Below are positions 63,062 through 64,000 of a stretch of DNA of 64,000 nucleotides, one piece after another. The stretch is from Podarcis tiliguerta (lineage: Eukaryota): NCBI GenBank assembly GCA_965153285.1, contig OZ229114.1. One strand, given 5' to 3'. Position numbers and translations under genes: made by a program. Under the pieces are notes generated by a model. That model was given only the letters and a program-made list of their open reading frames with translations, searched no databases and was not told the DNA's origin. The first letter of the stretch is position 1, and each line of letters opens with the position of its first letter.

Positions 63062-63294
63062 GCAGTGTGGTGTAGTGGTTAAGAGCGGGGAACCGGGTTT
63101 GCGTCTCCGCTCCTCCACATGCAGCTGCTGGGTGACCTTGGGCCAGTCACACTTCTTTGAAGTCTCTCAGCCCCACTCACCTCACAGAGTGTTTGTTGTG
63201 GGGGAGGAAGGGAAAGAAGAATGTTAGCCGCTTTGAGACTCCTTAAAGGGAGTGAAAGGTGGGATATCAAATCCAAACTCTTCTTCTTCTTCTT
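63062..63294 (+). mobile_element. tRNA-derived SINE with L2-type 3' end and (CTT)n tail (Squam3/POMSINE-like)
   Basis: A-box TGGTGTAGTGG, body GCTGGGTGACCTTGGGCCAGTCAC, 3' TGTTAGCCGCTTTGAG, (CTT)5 tail. The head looks internally deleted. Confidence 0.85.
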
Positions 63295-63649
63295 GACCAT
63301 CGGACCCACTATTGGTCTTATTTGCTCAATCTGCCGAAGGCTGTTGTCACATACAGGGGAAGTGTCTAACTCACTGAGGGCCTGAGACCCATCATCGAAT
63401 GCCCTGTAAAGCTCCAGCACATGAAGAACTCAGTGCACCTTACTGAAAAAGACATTTTTCAAAGTGAGAATTGAATGCACAGCCTCAGTACTGCACCATT
63501 CTATATCATAAGTATTACATCAATGGAGTTCCTTTTCAAAGTCTTCCCATGACTACAAATTGCCCTATTTTCATGCATATTTGTTGCCACTTCCCAGCCA
63601 TATCGGTTTCCTGATGACAAACCAGGCCAGCTTTTAGATGCTGTTAGAC

Positions 63650-63758
63650 CAGGCATAGGCAAACTCAGCCCACCATTCCTGATCACTGGTCTTGTTAGCT
63701 AGGGATGATGGGAGTTGTAGTCCCAAAACATCTGGAGGGCCAAGTTTGCCTATGCCTG
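63650..63758. mobile_element. hAT MITE with internal deletion
   Basis: TIR CAGGCATAGGCAAACT / AGTTTGCCTATGCCTG; perfect 8-bp TSD TGTTAGAC (63642-49, 63759-66). Confidence 0.93.
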
Positions 63759-64000
63759 TGTTAGACTATAACTTCCATCATCAGTGCTTTGTTGTAATCC
63801 AAAACATTTGAAGCATCTTGAATGTGGAAAGCTGGTCCAAATAATTCTCAACTCAATAATTTTGGGAGGAAATATAAGTTATCATTTATGTTGAGATAAT
63901 GGAAAGAGAAGAGTGGAGTGGAGACTATATGACTCCAACTCCCATTTTGACTCAGCGAGTATATGAATAAAATGCATTATTTCAACTATAAAGCAGCAAT

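Noticed and set aside
63062-63110. tRNA gene
   Set aside because: The A/B-box-like sequence belongs to a SINE head; no complete cloverleaf.

Overview
This is eukaryotic DNA, not prokaryotic: an AT-rich, repeat-dense vertebrate window. Its retroposons (Sauria SINE with (ACCTTT)n tail, Squam2-like and Squam3/POMSINE-like tRNA SINEs, young CR1 and L2 LINEs) point to a squamate reptile, probably a lacertid lizard. The only host-gene feature I can support is a CpG island (~47.8-49.15 kb). It contains a minus-strand first coding exon (48483->48420) encoding a signal peptide, MRQCWEWALLLCGVASLLAAK|G, followed by a strong GTAAGT donor. Positions 1-48419 are therefore probably intronic (no second exon was convincing) and 49-64 kb is upstream intergenic DNA. 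The rest is transposable elements: an uninterrupted CR1 ORF2 running off the left edge, a 2.1-kb frameshifted L2, an RTE-X-like relic, Tigger/mariner-type MITEs with TA TSDs, hAT MITEs with 8-bp TSDs, nested SINE-in-MITE insertions and probable solo LTRs. The most unusual object is at 27055-27357: a perfect 126-bp inverted repeat embedded in (TG)n/(TA)n microsatellite, in which each arm carries a Penelope-type minimal hammerhead-ribozyme motif (CUGAAGA-stem II-GAAAC-GUC). Most ORFs in the supplied track are chance ORFs or antisense shadows of TEs. Family names come from pattern recognition, not database searches.
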